NCBI GenBank assembly: GCA_036008175.1
Contig: DASYOB010000098.1
Coordinates: 4,343-68,342 of the forward strand
Direction: 5' to 3'
DNA: 64,000 nt
From: Stellaceae bacterium
Lineage (GTDB): Bacteria > Pseudomonadota > Alphaproteobacteria > ATCC43930 > CGMCC-115725
Shown here: positions 30,892 to 40,929 of the stretch, piece after piece
Position numbering within the stretch: the stretch's first letter is position 1
How the letters are laid out: every line of letters begins with the position of its first letter
The notes under the pieces: model-generated
What the model was told of the DNA's origin: nothing
Databases searched by the model: none
What the model saw: the letters and a program-made list of their open reading frames with translations, nothing else
Made by a program: the position numbers and the translations under genes

Positions 30892-32340
30892 ATGAGCAAC
30901 CTTGCGGTTACGAACGAATTGTTTTTCGACCGGACTGGCATGGATTCGGGCCGGATCGAGAAGCTGGTCGGCGAGGCGTTGGCCGGCATGGATGACGGCG
31001 AGCTGTTCCTCGAATACAGCCAGTCGGAAAGCGTCGCGCTTGATGATGGCCGGATCAAGAGCGCCTCATTCGACACGACGCAAGGGTTCGGCCTGCGCGC
31101 GGTAGCGGGCGAGGCCGCCGGATATGCCCACGCCTCCGAGCTGTCGGAAGCGGCGATCCGCCGCGCCGCGGCGGCGGTGCGGGCGGTCGCCAGCGGCCAT
31201 GCCGGCACCCTCGCCGGCCCACCGCCCGGCACGAATCGCAGCCTCTATACCGAGCTCAACCCGCTCGGCATCGTCGACCTCGCGACGAAGACACGGCTCT
31301 TGAGCGAGATGGACACTTATGCCCGCAGCCGCGATCCGCGGGTGCGGCAGGTGATGGCCTCGCTGAGCGGGGTTTGGCAGGCGGTCCAGATCATCCGCCC
31401 GGATGGCCGCCGCGCCGCCGATATCCGCCCGCTGGTCCGCCTCAACGTCGCTGTCGTGGTCGGCGAGGGTGACCGCATGGAGACTGGATCGCACGGTGCC
31501 GGCGGACGAGTCAGCTACGAGTATTATCTCGATCCCGAGAACTGGAAGGCGCAGGTTGACGAGGCGTTGCGGCAGGCGCTGGTCAACCTTGGCTCGGTCC
31601 CGGCGCCGGCGGGCGAGATGACCGTGGTCCTCGGCCCTGGCTGGCCCGGCGTCATGTTGCACGAGGCGGTCGGACATGGGCTCGAAGGCGATTTCAACCG
31701 CAAGAAGACCTCGACTTTTTCCGGCATGATCGGCCAGCGCGTCGCGGCGAAGGGCGTAACCGTCGTCGACGACGGCACCCTGCCCGACCGGCGCGGCTCG
31801 CTGACGATCGACGATGAAGGCACGCCGTCGAATTGCACCGTGCTGATCGAGGACGGCATCCTCAAGGGCTACATGCAAGACCGGCTGAACGCCCGGCTAA
31901 TGGGTGCCACCCCGACCGGCAATGGCAGGCGCGAGAGCTTCGCCCACGCGCCGATCCCGCGCATGACCAACACCTTCATGCTGGCCGGCAATCACGACCC
32001 GCAGGAGATCATGGCTTCGGTGAAGCGTGGTCTCTATGCGGTAAATTTCGGCGGCGGCAGCGTCGACATTACCTCGGGCAAGTTCGTCTTCTCCGCCTCG
32101 GAAGCCTACCTGATCGAGGACGGCAAGATCGGCCCGGCGGTCAAGGGCGCCACCCTGATCGGTAATGGCCCGGACGCGATGAACAAGGTGACGATGATCG
32201 GCAACGATCTCAAGCTGGATGATGGCGTCGGCACCTGCGGCAAGGATGGGCAAGGTGTCCCGGTCGGTGTCGGCCAGCCGACGCTTCGGATGGACGGTCT
32301 TACCGTCGGCGGCACGATGGGCCCGCCGCCGGGCGCCTAA
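30892..32340 (+). CDS. tldD: Metalloprotease TldD
   Basis: 482 aa. HEAVGHGLEGDFNRK motif and GTCGKDGQGVPVGVGQPT near the C-terminus. Confidence 0.95.
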   Translation: MSNLAVTNELFFDRTGMDSGRIEKLVGEALAGMDDGELFLEYSQSESVALDDGRIKSASFDTTQGFGLRAVAGEAAGYAHASELSEAAIRRAAAAVRAVASGHAGTLAGPPPGTNRSLYTELNPLGIVDLATKTRLLSEMDTYARSRDPRVRQVMASLSGVWQAVQIIRPDGRRAADIRPLVRLNVAVVVGEGDRMETGSHGAGGRVSYEYYLDPENWKAQVDEALRQALVNLGSVPAPAGEMTVVLGPGWPGVMLHEAVGHGLEGDFNRKKTSTFSGMIGQRVAAKGVTVVDDGTLPDRRGSLTIDDEGTPSNCTVLIEDGILKGYMQDRLNARLMGATPTGNGRRESFAHAPIPRMTNTFMLAGNHDPQEIMASVKRGLYAVNFGGGSVDITSGKFVFSASEAYLIEDGKIGPAVKGATLIGNGPDAMNKVTMIGNDLKLDDGVGTCGKDGQGVPVGVGQPTLRMDGLTVGGTMGPPPGA

Positions 32341-32345
32341 GCGCC

Positions 32346-34325
32346 TTGCCGAACCGGGGGGTTCTTCTCGGCGCGCTCACGGCAGCGCTGCTGGGATCCC
32401 ATGTCGCTTCTGCGTGCGATCTCGACAGCACGCCGTCGAGCCGCTGGTCCCTAGCACGGGAACACGGCGTCGCTTGGCTTAAGACGCCGTGCGGCGACCG
32501 TTTCTACAGTCTCGGCGTCAACATCGTCGACGGCGGCTATTCCCAGCGCGAGCAGGACGGCAAGGTCTATTATAGCTGGAAGGCCTTCGCGCCGCGCCTG
32601 GAGGACTGGGTTGTGACGGCGCGCAACCGCCTCCGGGATTGGGGCTTCAACAGCGTCGGCGGGTGGTCGCTGCCGCCGCAAGAACTGCGCATGCCGGCGG
32701 TCATCGACCTCGAGCTCGGCCGGCGTGCCAAATTCCACTGGTTCGATCCCTTTTCGCCGGAGACCGAGCGGCGCATGATGGCGCTCGCCCGCGAGTTGGT
32801 CGCGCCGTATCGCGGCTCGCCATACCGTATCGGCTATTTCTCCGACAACGAGGTCGGCTGGTGGGGTGGCGCGCTGTTCGTGTTCTACTCGAAGAAGCCG
32901 GCCAGCTCATTCACCAAGCAGCGCTGGCTGGCGATGCTGCGCGATCGCTACCATGACGAGTGGCAGCGGTTTACGGCGGATTTCATCCCGCCGGCCGGCG
33001 TCGATTCCTGGGAGACGCTGCTCGAAACCGAGCAGATGACGCATCTGCGCCCGGGCGGGAACGGCATCGCGGCTGTGCGCGAATGGACCGGGATCGTCGC
33101 CGAGCAATATTACACGCTTGCCGAGCGGGCGATCCGCGCCGCCGACCCCGAGGCGCTCTATTTCGGCGACCGCCTGCCGATTTATTACGATCCGGTCGCG
33201 GTGCGCGCCATGACACCGCACATCGACGCGATCGCGACCAACTACAACGTCGACAGCGGTGACGGCTGGCTCGCCCGCTATTTCTTCGACGGGCTGAAAA
33301 AGCTGTCCAACGACAAGCCCATTCTCGTTACCGAATGGTTTTTCGCCGCGAGCGAGAACCGCACCGGAAACAGCAACAACGGCCATCTGATGACGGTCGA
33401 AACGCAGGCCGAGCGCGCCCGCGGTGCGGCGGCGGCGACGCGGAATTTCGCGGCGACGCCGGAGATCGTCGGCTCGCAATGGTTCCAATATTACGACCAT
33501 CCGAAAGGCGGCCGGCCGGACGGCGAGGATTATGATTTCGGACTTGTCGACATCGACGACCGGCCATACCAGCGACTGACCGACGCGCTATCGCAAGCAA
33601 ATCGCGAGGCGCTGTCGGTGCATGCCGCCGCCAGGCTGCGCGCGATACCGGGATCAAGTGCGCTTTTCGTCCTCCCGCATGCGGCGATCGATGTTCAGGG
33701 CCACTCGCTGTCCGACTGGCCCAAACCGGCCAGCCTGCTGCCGCCGCTGAAACCCTCCTCCGGAGCCGTCGCTTTCGGCGAGATCTATCTGTCCTGGAGC
33801 GAGCGCGGGTTGGCGTTGGCGACAATCGGCCAGGATTATTTCGATATCGATCTCCTGGCCTATGACGGCGCTTTTCCGCTCCACGAAGCCTATCGGGTCG
33901 AACTCGGGCTCGATTTCGGCAGCGGGCCCCACCGGTTCACCCTGTTCTTCATTCCGCCTCGCACGAAGGTGCATGACCACCCGCCAATGACCGCTGTGCT
34001 GTGCACGGGCGCCGCGGCGCAGGCTATTGCCGAGGGATGCAAGCCGGTCCTAGGCGCGCAAGCGGTCTATTTCGGCGCCGACCAACCGCGCATCACCGCG
34101 GAGATGCTGCTGCCCTGGTCAGCGTTCGGCATCAGTCCGCCCGCTCCCGGCGCGCAGCTTCGTGCGGAAGTGGCGGTCACCTCATGGGACCGGGATCGCT
34201 GGATGTCGCTGTCCGGCGAAGCCCCGGATCGCGCGATGGCCGATCCAGGCCATTGGCGCTTGATGCGGCTCGGCGACGGCCTCGCCGTCACTGCGCCCGC
34301 GTCGCATTCGGGCGCGCCGGGGTGA
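32346..34325 (+). CDS. Secreted hypothetical protein; putative clan GH-A-like glycoside hydrolase with extra C-terminal domain
   Basis: 659 aa with signal peptide (LLGALTAALLGSHVASA). FSDNEVGWWG (Asn-Glu acid/base-like) and KPILVTEWFF (nucleophile-like Glu) are spaced ~170 aa apart, as in (beta/alpha)8 GH-A enzymes. The call is by motif only. Confidence 0.7.
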   Translation: MPNRGVLLGALTAALLGSHVASACDLDSTPSSRWSLAREHGVAWLKTPCGDRFYSLGVNIVDGGYSQREQDGKVYYSWKAFAPRLEDWVVTARNRLRDWGFNSVGGWSLPPQELRMPAVIDLELGRRAKFHWFDPFSPETERRMMALARELVAPYRGSPYRIGYFSDNEVGWWGGALFVFYSKKPASSFTKQRWLAMLRDRYHDEWQRFTADFIPPAGVDSWETLLETEQMTHLRPGGNGIAAVREWTGIVAEQYYTLAERAIRAADPEALYFGDRLPIYYDPVAVRAMTPHIDAIATNYNVDSGDGWLARYFFDGLKKLSNDKPILVTEWFFAASENRTGNSNNGHLMTVETQAERARGAAAATRNFAATPEIVGSQWFQYYDHPKGGRPDGEDYDFGLVDIDDRPYQRLTDALSQANREALSVHAAARLRAIPGSSALFVLPHAAIDVQGHSLSDWPKPASLLPPLKPSSGAVAFGEIYLSWSERGLALATIGQDYFDIDLLAYDGAFPLHEAYRVELGLDFGSGPHRFTLFFIPPRTKVHDHPPMTAVLCTGAAAQAIAEGCKPVLGAQAVYFGADQPRITAEMLLPWSAFGISPPAPGAQLRAEVAVTSWDRDRWMSLSGEAPDRAMADPGHWRLMRLGDGLAVTAPASHSGAPG

Positions 34326-34327
34326 AA

Positions 34328-35695
34328 TCAGTAGGCGTATTCGGTAAAAATCGGCTCGATCCGGCCGCCCCAGCGGGTGTTGTAGTCCTCAATCAGCTCT
34401 TCCGCGGGGGTGCGGCCCGAGCCGGCGATCGAGAACAGATTGTCGAGAAAATGCGTCTCGTCCTCCCCGGCGAGGCTGCGGCGCGCGCGGCGGTGCAACC
34501 CTTCGCGGGCGATTTCTAGGACTTCGAGGGCGACGTCGCGCAAGGTGCGGCTGCGATGCGGGGTCTCAAGACCAAGCCGCGGCACGTCGCGCCGCATAGC
34601 CTCGCGCTCCTCTTCCGTCCAATCGGCGACCAAGCCGCAAGCGGCATCGAGCGAGGTGCCGTCATACAGCAGCCCGACCCATAGCGCCGGCAACGCGCAG
34701 AGGCGTCGCCACGGCCCACCATCGGCGCCGCGCATTTCGAGAAAGCTCTTGAGCCGCACTTCCGGGAAGGCGGTGGTGACATGGTCGGCCCAATCGTGCA
34801 ACAGCGGCAGCTCGCCCGGCAGCACCGGCAATTTCCCGGCCATGAAATCGCGAAACGACTGACCGCTGGCATCGATGTAGGTGCCGTTGCGATAGACGAA
34901 GTACATCGGCACGTCGAGCAGGTAGTCGACATAGCGCTCAAACCCGAACCCGTCGTCGAAGACGAAGGGCAACGTGCCGCACCGGTCGGGATCGGTGTCG
35001 GTCCATACCAGGCTGCGATAGCTGAGATAGCCTGAGGGACGGCCCTCGACAAACGGCGAATTGGCGAACAACGCCACCGCGACCGGCTGCAGGGCGAGGC
35101 TGGCGCGGAATTTCCGCACCATGTCGGCCTCGGTCTGGTAATCGAGATTGGTCTGCACGGTGCAGGTGCGTAGCATCATGTCGAGGCCGAGCCGGCCCTT
35201 TTTCGGCATGTAGTCGCGCATGATGCGATAGCGGCCCTTGGGCATGAACGGGACCTCGTCGCGCCGCGACTTCGGGTCGAAGCCGAGCCCGATCATGCCG
35301 AGCCCGAGCTCGTCGCAGACCTCGCGCACCTGGCGCAGATGCTCATGCACCTCGTCGCAGGTCTGGTGCACCGTTTCGAGCGGCGCACCGCTCAGCTCGA
35401 ACTGCCCGCCCGGTTCGAGCGTAATCGAACATCGACTGTCGTTCGACAGCGCGATGATGTTGCCGTTCTCGATCACCGGGTCCCAGCCGAAGCGGGTCAT
35501 ACCGCGAAGGAGCGCCCCGATTCCATCTGGTCCCTCATACGGGACGCGTCGCAAATCGGCGCGGCGGAACACGAATTTTTCGTGCTCGGTACCGATCCGC
35601 CAATCCGAGGGCGGCTTGCAGCCGGCCGCGTGGTACTCGACGAGCTGCCGCTTATCGGTGATCGGCGGTCCCTGCACGCTCGATGGTCCAGACAT
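34328..35695 (-). CDS. gshA: Glutamate--cysteine ligase (plant/alphaproteobacterial GCS2 type)
   Basis: 455 aa. [10 protein letters not shown]...[13 protein letters not shown]...TVQTNLDY...[17 protein letters not shown]. Confidence 0.9.
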   Translation of the reverse strand: MSGPSSVQGPPITDKRQLVEYHAAGCKPPSDWRIGTEHEKFVFRRADLRRVPYEGPDGIGALLRGMTRFGWDPVIENGNIIALSNDSRCSITLEPGGQFELSGAPLETVHQTCDEVHEHLRQVREVCDELGLGMIGLGFDPKSRRDEVPFMPKGRYRIMRDYMPKKGRLGLDMMLRTCTVQTNLDYQTEADMVRKFRASLALQPVAVALFANSPFVEGRPSGYLSYRSLVWTDTDPDRCGTLPFVFDDGFGFERYVDYLLDVPMYFVYRNGTYIDASGQSFRDFMAGKLPVLPGELPLLHDWADHVTTAFPEVRLKSFLEMRGADGGPWRRLCALPALWVGLLYDGTSLDAACGLVADWTEEEREAMRRDVPRLGLETPHRSRTLRDVALEVLEIAREGLHRRARRSLAGEDETHFLDNLFSIAGSGRTPAEELIEDYNTRWGGRIEPIFTEYAY

Positions 35696-35734
35696 GCGGC
35701 TCTCGGAACTCCCGCTAGGCTCTACATATCGACC

Positions 35735-36484
35735 TCAGCGCGGCCGGATGCGACGCCAGTCTCCGGTGATCGCCTGGAACACCGCCATTGCGGCAAGGGC
35801 AGCAGTCTCGGCGCGCAGCACTCTCGGGCCGAGCCCGACGCGAATAACAATGGGGAGTTTACCGAGAGCGTCAAGCTCCGCGTCGGTAAAGCCGCCCTCG
35901 GGACCGACAAATACTGCTGCCGGCTCGGCCGGTGGCAGAGAGCCCAGCGCCTCGGCTATCGGGATGCCGCCGCCGCTCTCATCGCAGACGATCAAGGGCC
36001 GTTCGGCGGGCCAGGCGGCGAGCACGCGGTCGAGCCGCTCCGGCGCGAAGATCTCGGGGACAGACAGCCGCTCGCTCTGCTCGGCCGCCGCGATCGCGAT
36101 AGCATCGAGGCGGTCGCGATTGAGCCGCTCGGGCTGGGTGCGCGCCGTCCAGACCGGGACGAGCGCGGTGGCGCCCAGCTCGGTTGCCTTCTCCACCAGC
36201 CATTCGAGACGCACCCGCTTCAGCGGCGCGAACACCAGCCATAGATTGTTTTCCATCCCAAGCGGCCGGATTTGCTCGACCGGCATCAGCACCGAACGCC
36301 CGCGCCCGATCTCGCTCAGATGGCACAGCCACTCGCCGGAGCTCTCGTTGAATGCCGCAACTGTGGCGCCGGAACCCAGCCGCAATACATGACGTAGCTT
36401 GTGTGTCTGTGCCGCGCTGAGCTCGATCGCGGCGGCGCCAAGGGGTCCGCGGATGTAGAGACGCGTGGCGATGCGTTCTGTCAT
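35735..36484 (-). CDS. rsmE: 16S rRNA (uracil1498-N3)-methyltransferase RsmE
   Basis: ORF 35735..36568 trimmed to MTERIATRLYI. EWLVEKATELGA and GPEGGFTDAE...LGPRVLRAETAALAA motifs. Confidence 0.85.
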   Translation of the reverse strand: MTERIATRLYIRGPLGAAAIELSAAQTHKLRHVLRLGSGATVAAFNESSGEWLCHLSEIGRGRSVLMPVEQIRPLGMENNLWLVFAPLKRVRLEWLVEKATELGATALVPVWTARTQPERLNRDRLDAIAIAAAEQSERLSVPEIFAPERLDRVLAAWPAERPLIVCDESGGGIPIAEALGSLPPAEPAAVFVGPEGGFTDAELDALGKLPIVIRVGLGPRVLRAETAALAAMAVFQAITGDWRRIRPR

Positions 36485-36533
36485 AATCAGCAGTGAGATT
36501 GAGGGCGTGCCGTCCCGTTTGCCAAGAAGTCCG

Positions 36534-37502
36534 ATGAACCCTCCGCCGACCTCTGCGTCTCTGTCCACCCCGAAGGGAGCGCAGAGAGCGGCCGCCGCAG
36601 CCGCGGACCCGAACGATATCCATATCGGCGATTGGGTCGATCGCTGGTTACCGCCGTGGGCCGAGCCTTACGCCCGTCTCGCACGCTGGGATCGGCCGAT
36701 CGGCACGTGGCTGCTGCTGTTTCCGGGCTGGTGGGGGATCGCGCTGGCAGGCCCGCGCTGGCCCGACCCGCTCCTGCTGCTGCTTTTCGCGATCGGAGCG
36801 GTGGCGATGCGCGGCGCCGGCTGCACACTTAACGACATCGCCGACCGGGAGTATGACGGCAAGGTCGCGCGCACCCGCTTCCGACCCTTGCCGAGCGGCC
36901 GGGTTACGGTGCCGCAGGCGATCCTGTTCATGCTCGGCCAGCTCGCGGTCGGGGCCGCGGTACTGCTCAGCCTGAACCGCACCTGCTGGATCTTGGGCCT
37001 CGTCGTGTTGGCGCTGATCGGCACCTATCCATTTATGAAGCGGATCACGTACTGGCCGCAGCTCTTTCTCGGGCTGAATTTCAATTGGGGAGCACTGCTG
37101 GGCTGGGCGGCGGTGACCGGCGGCCTCTCCTGGCCGCCGCTTCTGCTCTATGCCGGCGGTATTTTCTGGACGATCGGCTACGACACGATCTATGCGCATC
37201 AGGACAAGGAGGACGACGCGCGCATCGGTATCAAATCCTCGGCCCTGGCGCTCGGCGAGCGGACCCGGCCGTGGCTGTTCGCCTTTTATGCCGCAGCGGT
37301 CCTGCTATGGGCCGCCGCGGGCAGCGAGGCGGGGCTCGGCGTTCTGTTCTGGATCGGGCTCGCCGCCGCTGCGGCACAGCTTTTCTGGCAGGCGGCGCGG
37401 GTCGACACAGAAAACGCCGCTGATTGCCTCGCCAAATTTCGCTCGAACCGGCTCGTCGGCTGGCTGGTATTCGTCGACGCTGTCGTCGGCCATCTCGCCT
37501 GA
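36534..37502 (+). CDS. ubiA: 4-hydroxybenzoate polyprenyltransferase
   Basis: ORF 36465..37502; ATG 36534 chosen as start. LARWDRPIGTWLLLFP...GAGCTLNDIADREYDGKVARTRFRPLPSG...YAHQDKEDD. Confidence 0.85.
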   Translation: MNPPPTSASLSTPKGAQRAAAAAADPNDIHIGDWVDRWLPPWAEPYARLARWDRPIGTWLLLFPGWWGIALAGPRWPDPLLLLLFAIGAVAMRGAGCTLNDIADREYDGKVARTRFRPLPSGRVTVPQAILFMLGQLAVGAAVLLSLNRTCWILGLVVLALIGTYPFMKRITYWPQLFLGLNFNWGALLGWAAVTGGLSWPPLLLYAGGIFWTIGYDTIYAHQDKEDDARIGIKSSALALGERTRPWLFAFYAAAVLLWAAAGSEAGLGVLFWIGLAAAAAQLFWQAARVDTENAADCLAKFRSNRLVGWLVFVDAVVGHLA

Positions 37503-37505
37503 GCC

Positions 37506-38153
37506 GTGGACCCTGCGCTTTTCGTCCGCGGCAATACGGCGATCAGTTCGCCGCCGCTCGTTCCCGAGATCCGGCTTCATCTCGCCACTGAAGTGACCCC
37601 GATCTGGCAGGCCACGGAGGAGAGCCTTTCCCGCAACGCACTGCCGCCGCCGTTTTGGGCCTTCGCCTGGGCCGGCGGCCAGGCGCTCGCCCGGTATCTG
37701 CTCGATAATCCCGAGACCGTCGCCGGCCGCGAGGTGCTCGATATCGGCTCAGGCTCCGGCATTGTCGCAATCGCCGCCGCGAAGGCCGGAGCCTCCCGCG
37801 TCATTGCCGCCGAGATTGACCATTTCGCTGCCGCCGCGATCGCCCTCAATGCGCCGCTGAACGGCGTGAAGGTCACGGTCGAAACGCGCGACCTGCTCGA
37901 TCGCGGTCCCGCCGGCTGGCGTATCGCGCTGGCTGGCGACATCTGCTACGAGGAGCCGATGTCGTCGCGCGCGATGAACCTGCTGCGCCGCATCGCCGCG
38001 CGCGACAGGCTGGCGTTGTTGGGCGATCCCGGCCGCGCCTACCTGCCGCGTTCGGGTCTCCTCGAGCGCGCGCGCTATCAGGTGCCAACCAGCCGCGAAC
38101 TCGAGGACCGCGAGGCGCGCGAGGGGGTCGTGTGGCAGGTCCTACCGGAATGA
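37506..38153 (+). CDS. Class I SAM-dependent methyltransferase (Methyltransf_16/PrmA-like)
   Basis: 215 aa. FWAFAWAGGQALARYL...VLDIGSGSGIVAIAAAKAGA...AGDICYE. Confidence 0.8.
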   Translation: MDPALFVRGNTAISSPPLVPEIRLHLATEVTPIWQATEESLSRNALPPPFWAFAWAGGQALARYLLDNPETVAGREVLDIGSGSGIVAIAAAKAGASRVIAAEIDHFAAAAIALNAPLNGVKVTVETRDLLDRGPAGWRIALAGDICYEEPMSSRAMNLLRRIAARDRLALLGDPGRAYLPRSGLLERARYQVPTSRELEDREAREGVVWQVLPE

Positions 38154-38165
38154 GCGGAGGATCTG

Positions 38166-39350
38166 CTGACCCGGCCTAGAACCATCGTCGTCGCCGCGCT
38201 TGGCAGCACGCAGACGCTGGCCTGGGCGTCGAGCTATTACCTCCCCGCCATCCTCGGTGCGCCGATCGCGGCCGAGCTCGGCCTATCGACCGGGACGTTT
38301 TTCGGCATCTTTTCGGGCTCGCTGTTGCTGCAAGCCGCGTTGGGGCCGTGGATCGGGCGGTTGATCGACGATTATGGCGGTCGTGCCGTGCTCGCGACCT
38401 CGAACCTGGTCATTGCCGCCGGGCTTGCGGCGCTTGCCCTGGCGCAAGACATTCTCGGACTGACGACCGCCTGGTTGATTCTCGGCATCGGCATGGCCAT
38501 CGGGCTCTATGACCCGGCCTTTGCCGCCCTGACCCGGCTGTACGGCCTGGAGGCGCGTGCCTCGATCACCGGAATCACGCTGATCGCAGGGTTTGCCAGC
38601 ACGGTCGGCTGGCCGGCCTCGGCCTGGTTCGAGCACGCTTTCGGCTGGCGCGATGCCTGTCTGGTCTGGGCGGCGCTCAACCTGCTTCTCGCGGCACCAC
38701 TCAATTGGCTGATTATACCACCGGCCCCGCCACTGCCGCGCAGAGCTGCGGCGGTGCACGAGACCCCCGAGGCCGAGCCGCCGCGGGGCGCGATGCCGAT
38801 CCTCGCCTTCTATTTCACCGCGACTGCCTTCGTAACCGGGGCGATGGCGGCGCACCTGCCTCGCTTGCTAGAAAGTGCCGGCGCAACCGAGGCAGCCGCA
38901 ATTGCCGCCAGCACGCTCGTCGGTCCGGCGCAGGTCGCGGCGCGGCTGTTCGAATTCGGCCTGTTGCGAGCATTTCATCCGGTCTGGTCGGCTCGGTTGG
39001 CCGCGCTTACCCATCCGATCGGCGCCGGACTCTTGGGTTTGCTCGGCCCAGCTGGCGTTCCCCTGTTCGCGCTGCTGCACGGCGCTGGCAACGGCTTGAT
39101 CACGATCGCCAAGGGCACGCTGCCGCTCGCCATCTTCGGACCCGCCGGTTACGGGTTGCGAAACGGCATCCTTTCTGCCCCGGCCCGGCTGGCCTTGTCG
39201 GCGGCGCCGTTCGTTTTTGGGGTGCTGCTCGACCGTATTGGGGCGTTGGCCGTGCTGCTCACGGCCGGCCTCAGCGTAGCCGCATCGACTTCGCTGTTGT
39301 TGCTGCGGCCGCAATCGGCCCCGACCGTGGCGTCCGCGGCGAACGACTGA
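38166..39350 (+). CDS. MFS transporter (5' end unresolved: CTG start or frameshift)
   Basis: The frame is open from 38154 and encodes an obvious TM1 (RTIVVAALGSTQTLAWASSYYLPAILGAPIA) upstream of the track start (TTG 38325). There is no ATG/GTG/TTG in frame between 38154 and 38325. GGAGG at 38156-38160 precedes CTG codons at 38163 and 38166. Confidence 0.75.
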   Translation: MTRPRTIVVAALGSTQTLAWASSYYLPAILGAPIAAELGLSTGTFFGIFSGSLLLQAALGPWIGRLIDDYGGRAVLATSNLVIAAGLAALALAQDILGLTTAWLILGIGMAIGLYDPAFAALTRLYGLEARASITGITLIAGFASTVGWPASAWFEHAFGWRDACLVWAALNLLLAAPLNWLIIPPAPPLPRRAAAVHETPEAEPPRGAMPILAFYFTATAFVTGAMAAHLPRLLESAGATEAAAIAASTLVGPAQVAARLFEFGLLRAFHPVWSARLAALTHPIGAGLLGLLGPAGVPLFALLHGAGNGLITIAKGTLPLAIFGPAGYGLRNGILSAPARLALSAAPFVFGVLLDRIGALAVLLTAGLSVAASTSLLLLRPQSAPTVASAAND

Positions 39351-39405
39351 ACGCGTTGGGGCCGCGCTCGCCAAGCTGGAGCCGCGCCCCCATATATAGC
39401 CGGCC

Positions 39406-40929
39406 ATGCCTTACGCCAGCCTGCGCGACTTCATCGCCCGGCTCGAAGCCAGCGGGCGGCTGGCGCGGGTGTCCGCCCCAGTCTCGCCGTTTCTCGAAAT
39501 GACCGAGATCCAGACGCGGCTCCTCGCCGAGGGGGGCCCGGCGGTGCTGTTCGAGAATGTCGCGCGCGATACTGCTAGGGCGATCCCGATGCCGGTGCTG
39601 GTCAATCTATTCGGCACGGTCGAGCGGGTTGCCTGGGGGATGGATCGCGAGCCGAACCAATTGCGCGAGATCGGCGAGACGCTTGCCTTCCTGAAGCAGC
39701 CGGAGCCACCCGGCGGCTGGCGCGAGGCACTCGATATGCTGCCACTGCTGAAGTCCGTGATGGCGATGCGGCCGCGTACGGTTGCGGCCGCGCCCTGCCA
39801 GGAGATCGTGTTGCGCGGCGCCGAAATCGATCTCGGGCTGCTGCCGATACAGACCTGCTGGCCGGACGAACCGGCGCCGCTGATCACCTGGCCGCTGGTC
39901 GTCACCAAGGGTCCGGGCATCGGGCGCGAGGACGGCTTCAATCTCGGCATCTACCGCATGCAGGTGACCGGCCGCGACACGACGTTGATGCGCTGGCTGC
40001 GTCATCGCGGCGGGGCGCAGCACCATCGCCGCTGGGCCGAGGCGAAACGCGAGCCGTTGCCCGCTGCCGCTGTGATCGGCGCCGATCCTGGGACGATCAT
40101 CGCGGCGGTGACTCCGGTGCCCGACACGCTGTCGGAATACCAGTTCGCCGGGCTGTTGCGCGGTAAGCGGCTCGACCTGGTCGATTGCAAGACCGTGCCG
40201 CTCAAAGTGCCGGCCGAGGCGGAGATCGTGCTCGAAGGCCATGTCGCGCTCGACGAATATGGCGACGAAGGCCCTTATGGCGACCATACCGGCTATTACA
40301 ACGCGGTCGAGCAATTCCCGGTCTTCCGCGTGTCGGCGATGACGATGCGGCGCGACCCGATCTACCTCTCGACCTTCACCGGGCGGCCGCCCGACGAGCC
40401 TTCAGTCTTAGGCGAAGCCCTGAACGAGGTGTTCATCCCGCTATTGCAGCAGCAATTCCCGGAGATCGTGGATTTCTGGCTGCCGCCGGAGGGCTGCTCA
40501 TACCGGATCGCTGTCGTATCGATACGCAAGGCCTATCCCGGCCACGCCAAGCGGGTGATGATGGGGATCTGGTCGTTCCTGCGGCAGTTCATGTACACGA
40601 AGTTCGTGATCGTCGTGGATGACGACGTCGACGCGCGCGATTGGAAGGACGTGATGTGGGCGATCTCGACCCGCATGGATCCGGTGCGCGATACGACGCT
40701 GATGGAGAACACCCCGATCGACTATCTCGACTTCGCTTCGCCCGAATCGGGGCTCGGCGGCAAGATCGGGCTCGATGCGACCAACAAATTACCGCCGGAG
40801 ACGCATCGCACCTGGGGGAGGCCGATCCGCATGAGCGACAAGGTCGTAGAAGAGGTCACTCGTAAATGGGCCGATTACGGCCTGCCCGGCAGTGGCCAAT
40901 CAATCTGGAAAAAGACGGACAGCGAATGA
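39406..40929 (+). CDS. ubiD: UbiD family decarboxylase (4-hydroxy-3-polyprenylbenzoate decarboxylase-like)
   Basis: 507 aa. [12 protein letters not shown]...GIYRMQV...[10 protein letters not shown]...[25 protein letters not shown]. Confidence 0.9.
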   Translation: MPYASLRDFIARLEASGRLARVSAPVSPFLEMTEIQTRLLAEGGPAVLFENVARDTARAIPMPVLVNLFGTVERVAWGMDREPNQLREIGETLAFLKQPEPPGGWREALDMLPLLKSVMAMRPRTVAAAPCQEIVLRGAEIDLGLLPIQTCWPDEPAPLITWPLVVTKGPGIGREDGFNLGIYRMQVTGRDTTLMRWLRHRGGAQHHRRWAEAKREPLPAAAVIGADPGTIIAAVTPVPDTLSEYQFAGLLRGKRLDLVDCKTVPLKVPAEAEIVLEGHVALDEYGDEGPYGDHTGYYNAVEQFPVFRVSAMTMRRDPIYLSTFTGRPPDEPSVLGEALNEVFIPLLQQQFPEIVDFWLPPEGCSYRIAVVSIRKAYPGHAKRVMMGIWSFLRQFMYTKFVIVVDDDVDARDWKDVMWAISTRMDPVRDTTLMENTPIDYLDFASPESGLGGKIGLDATNKLPPETHRTWGRPIRMSDKVVEEVTRKWADYGLPGSGQSIWKKTDSE

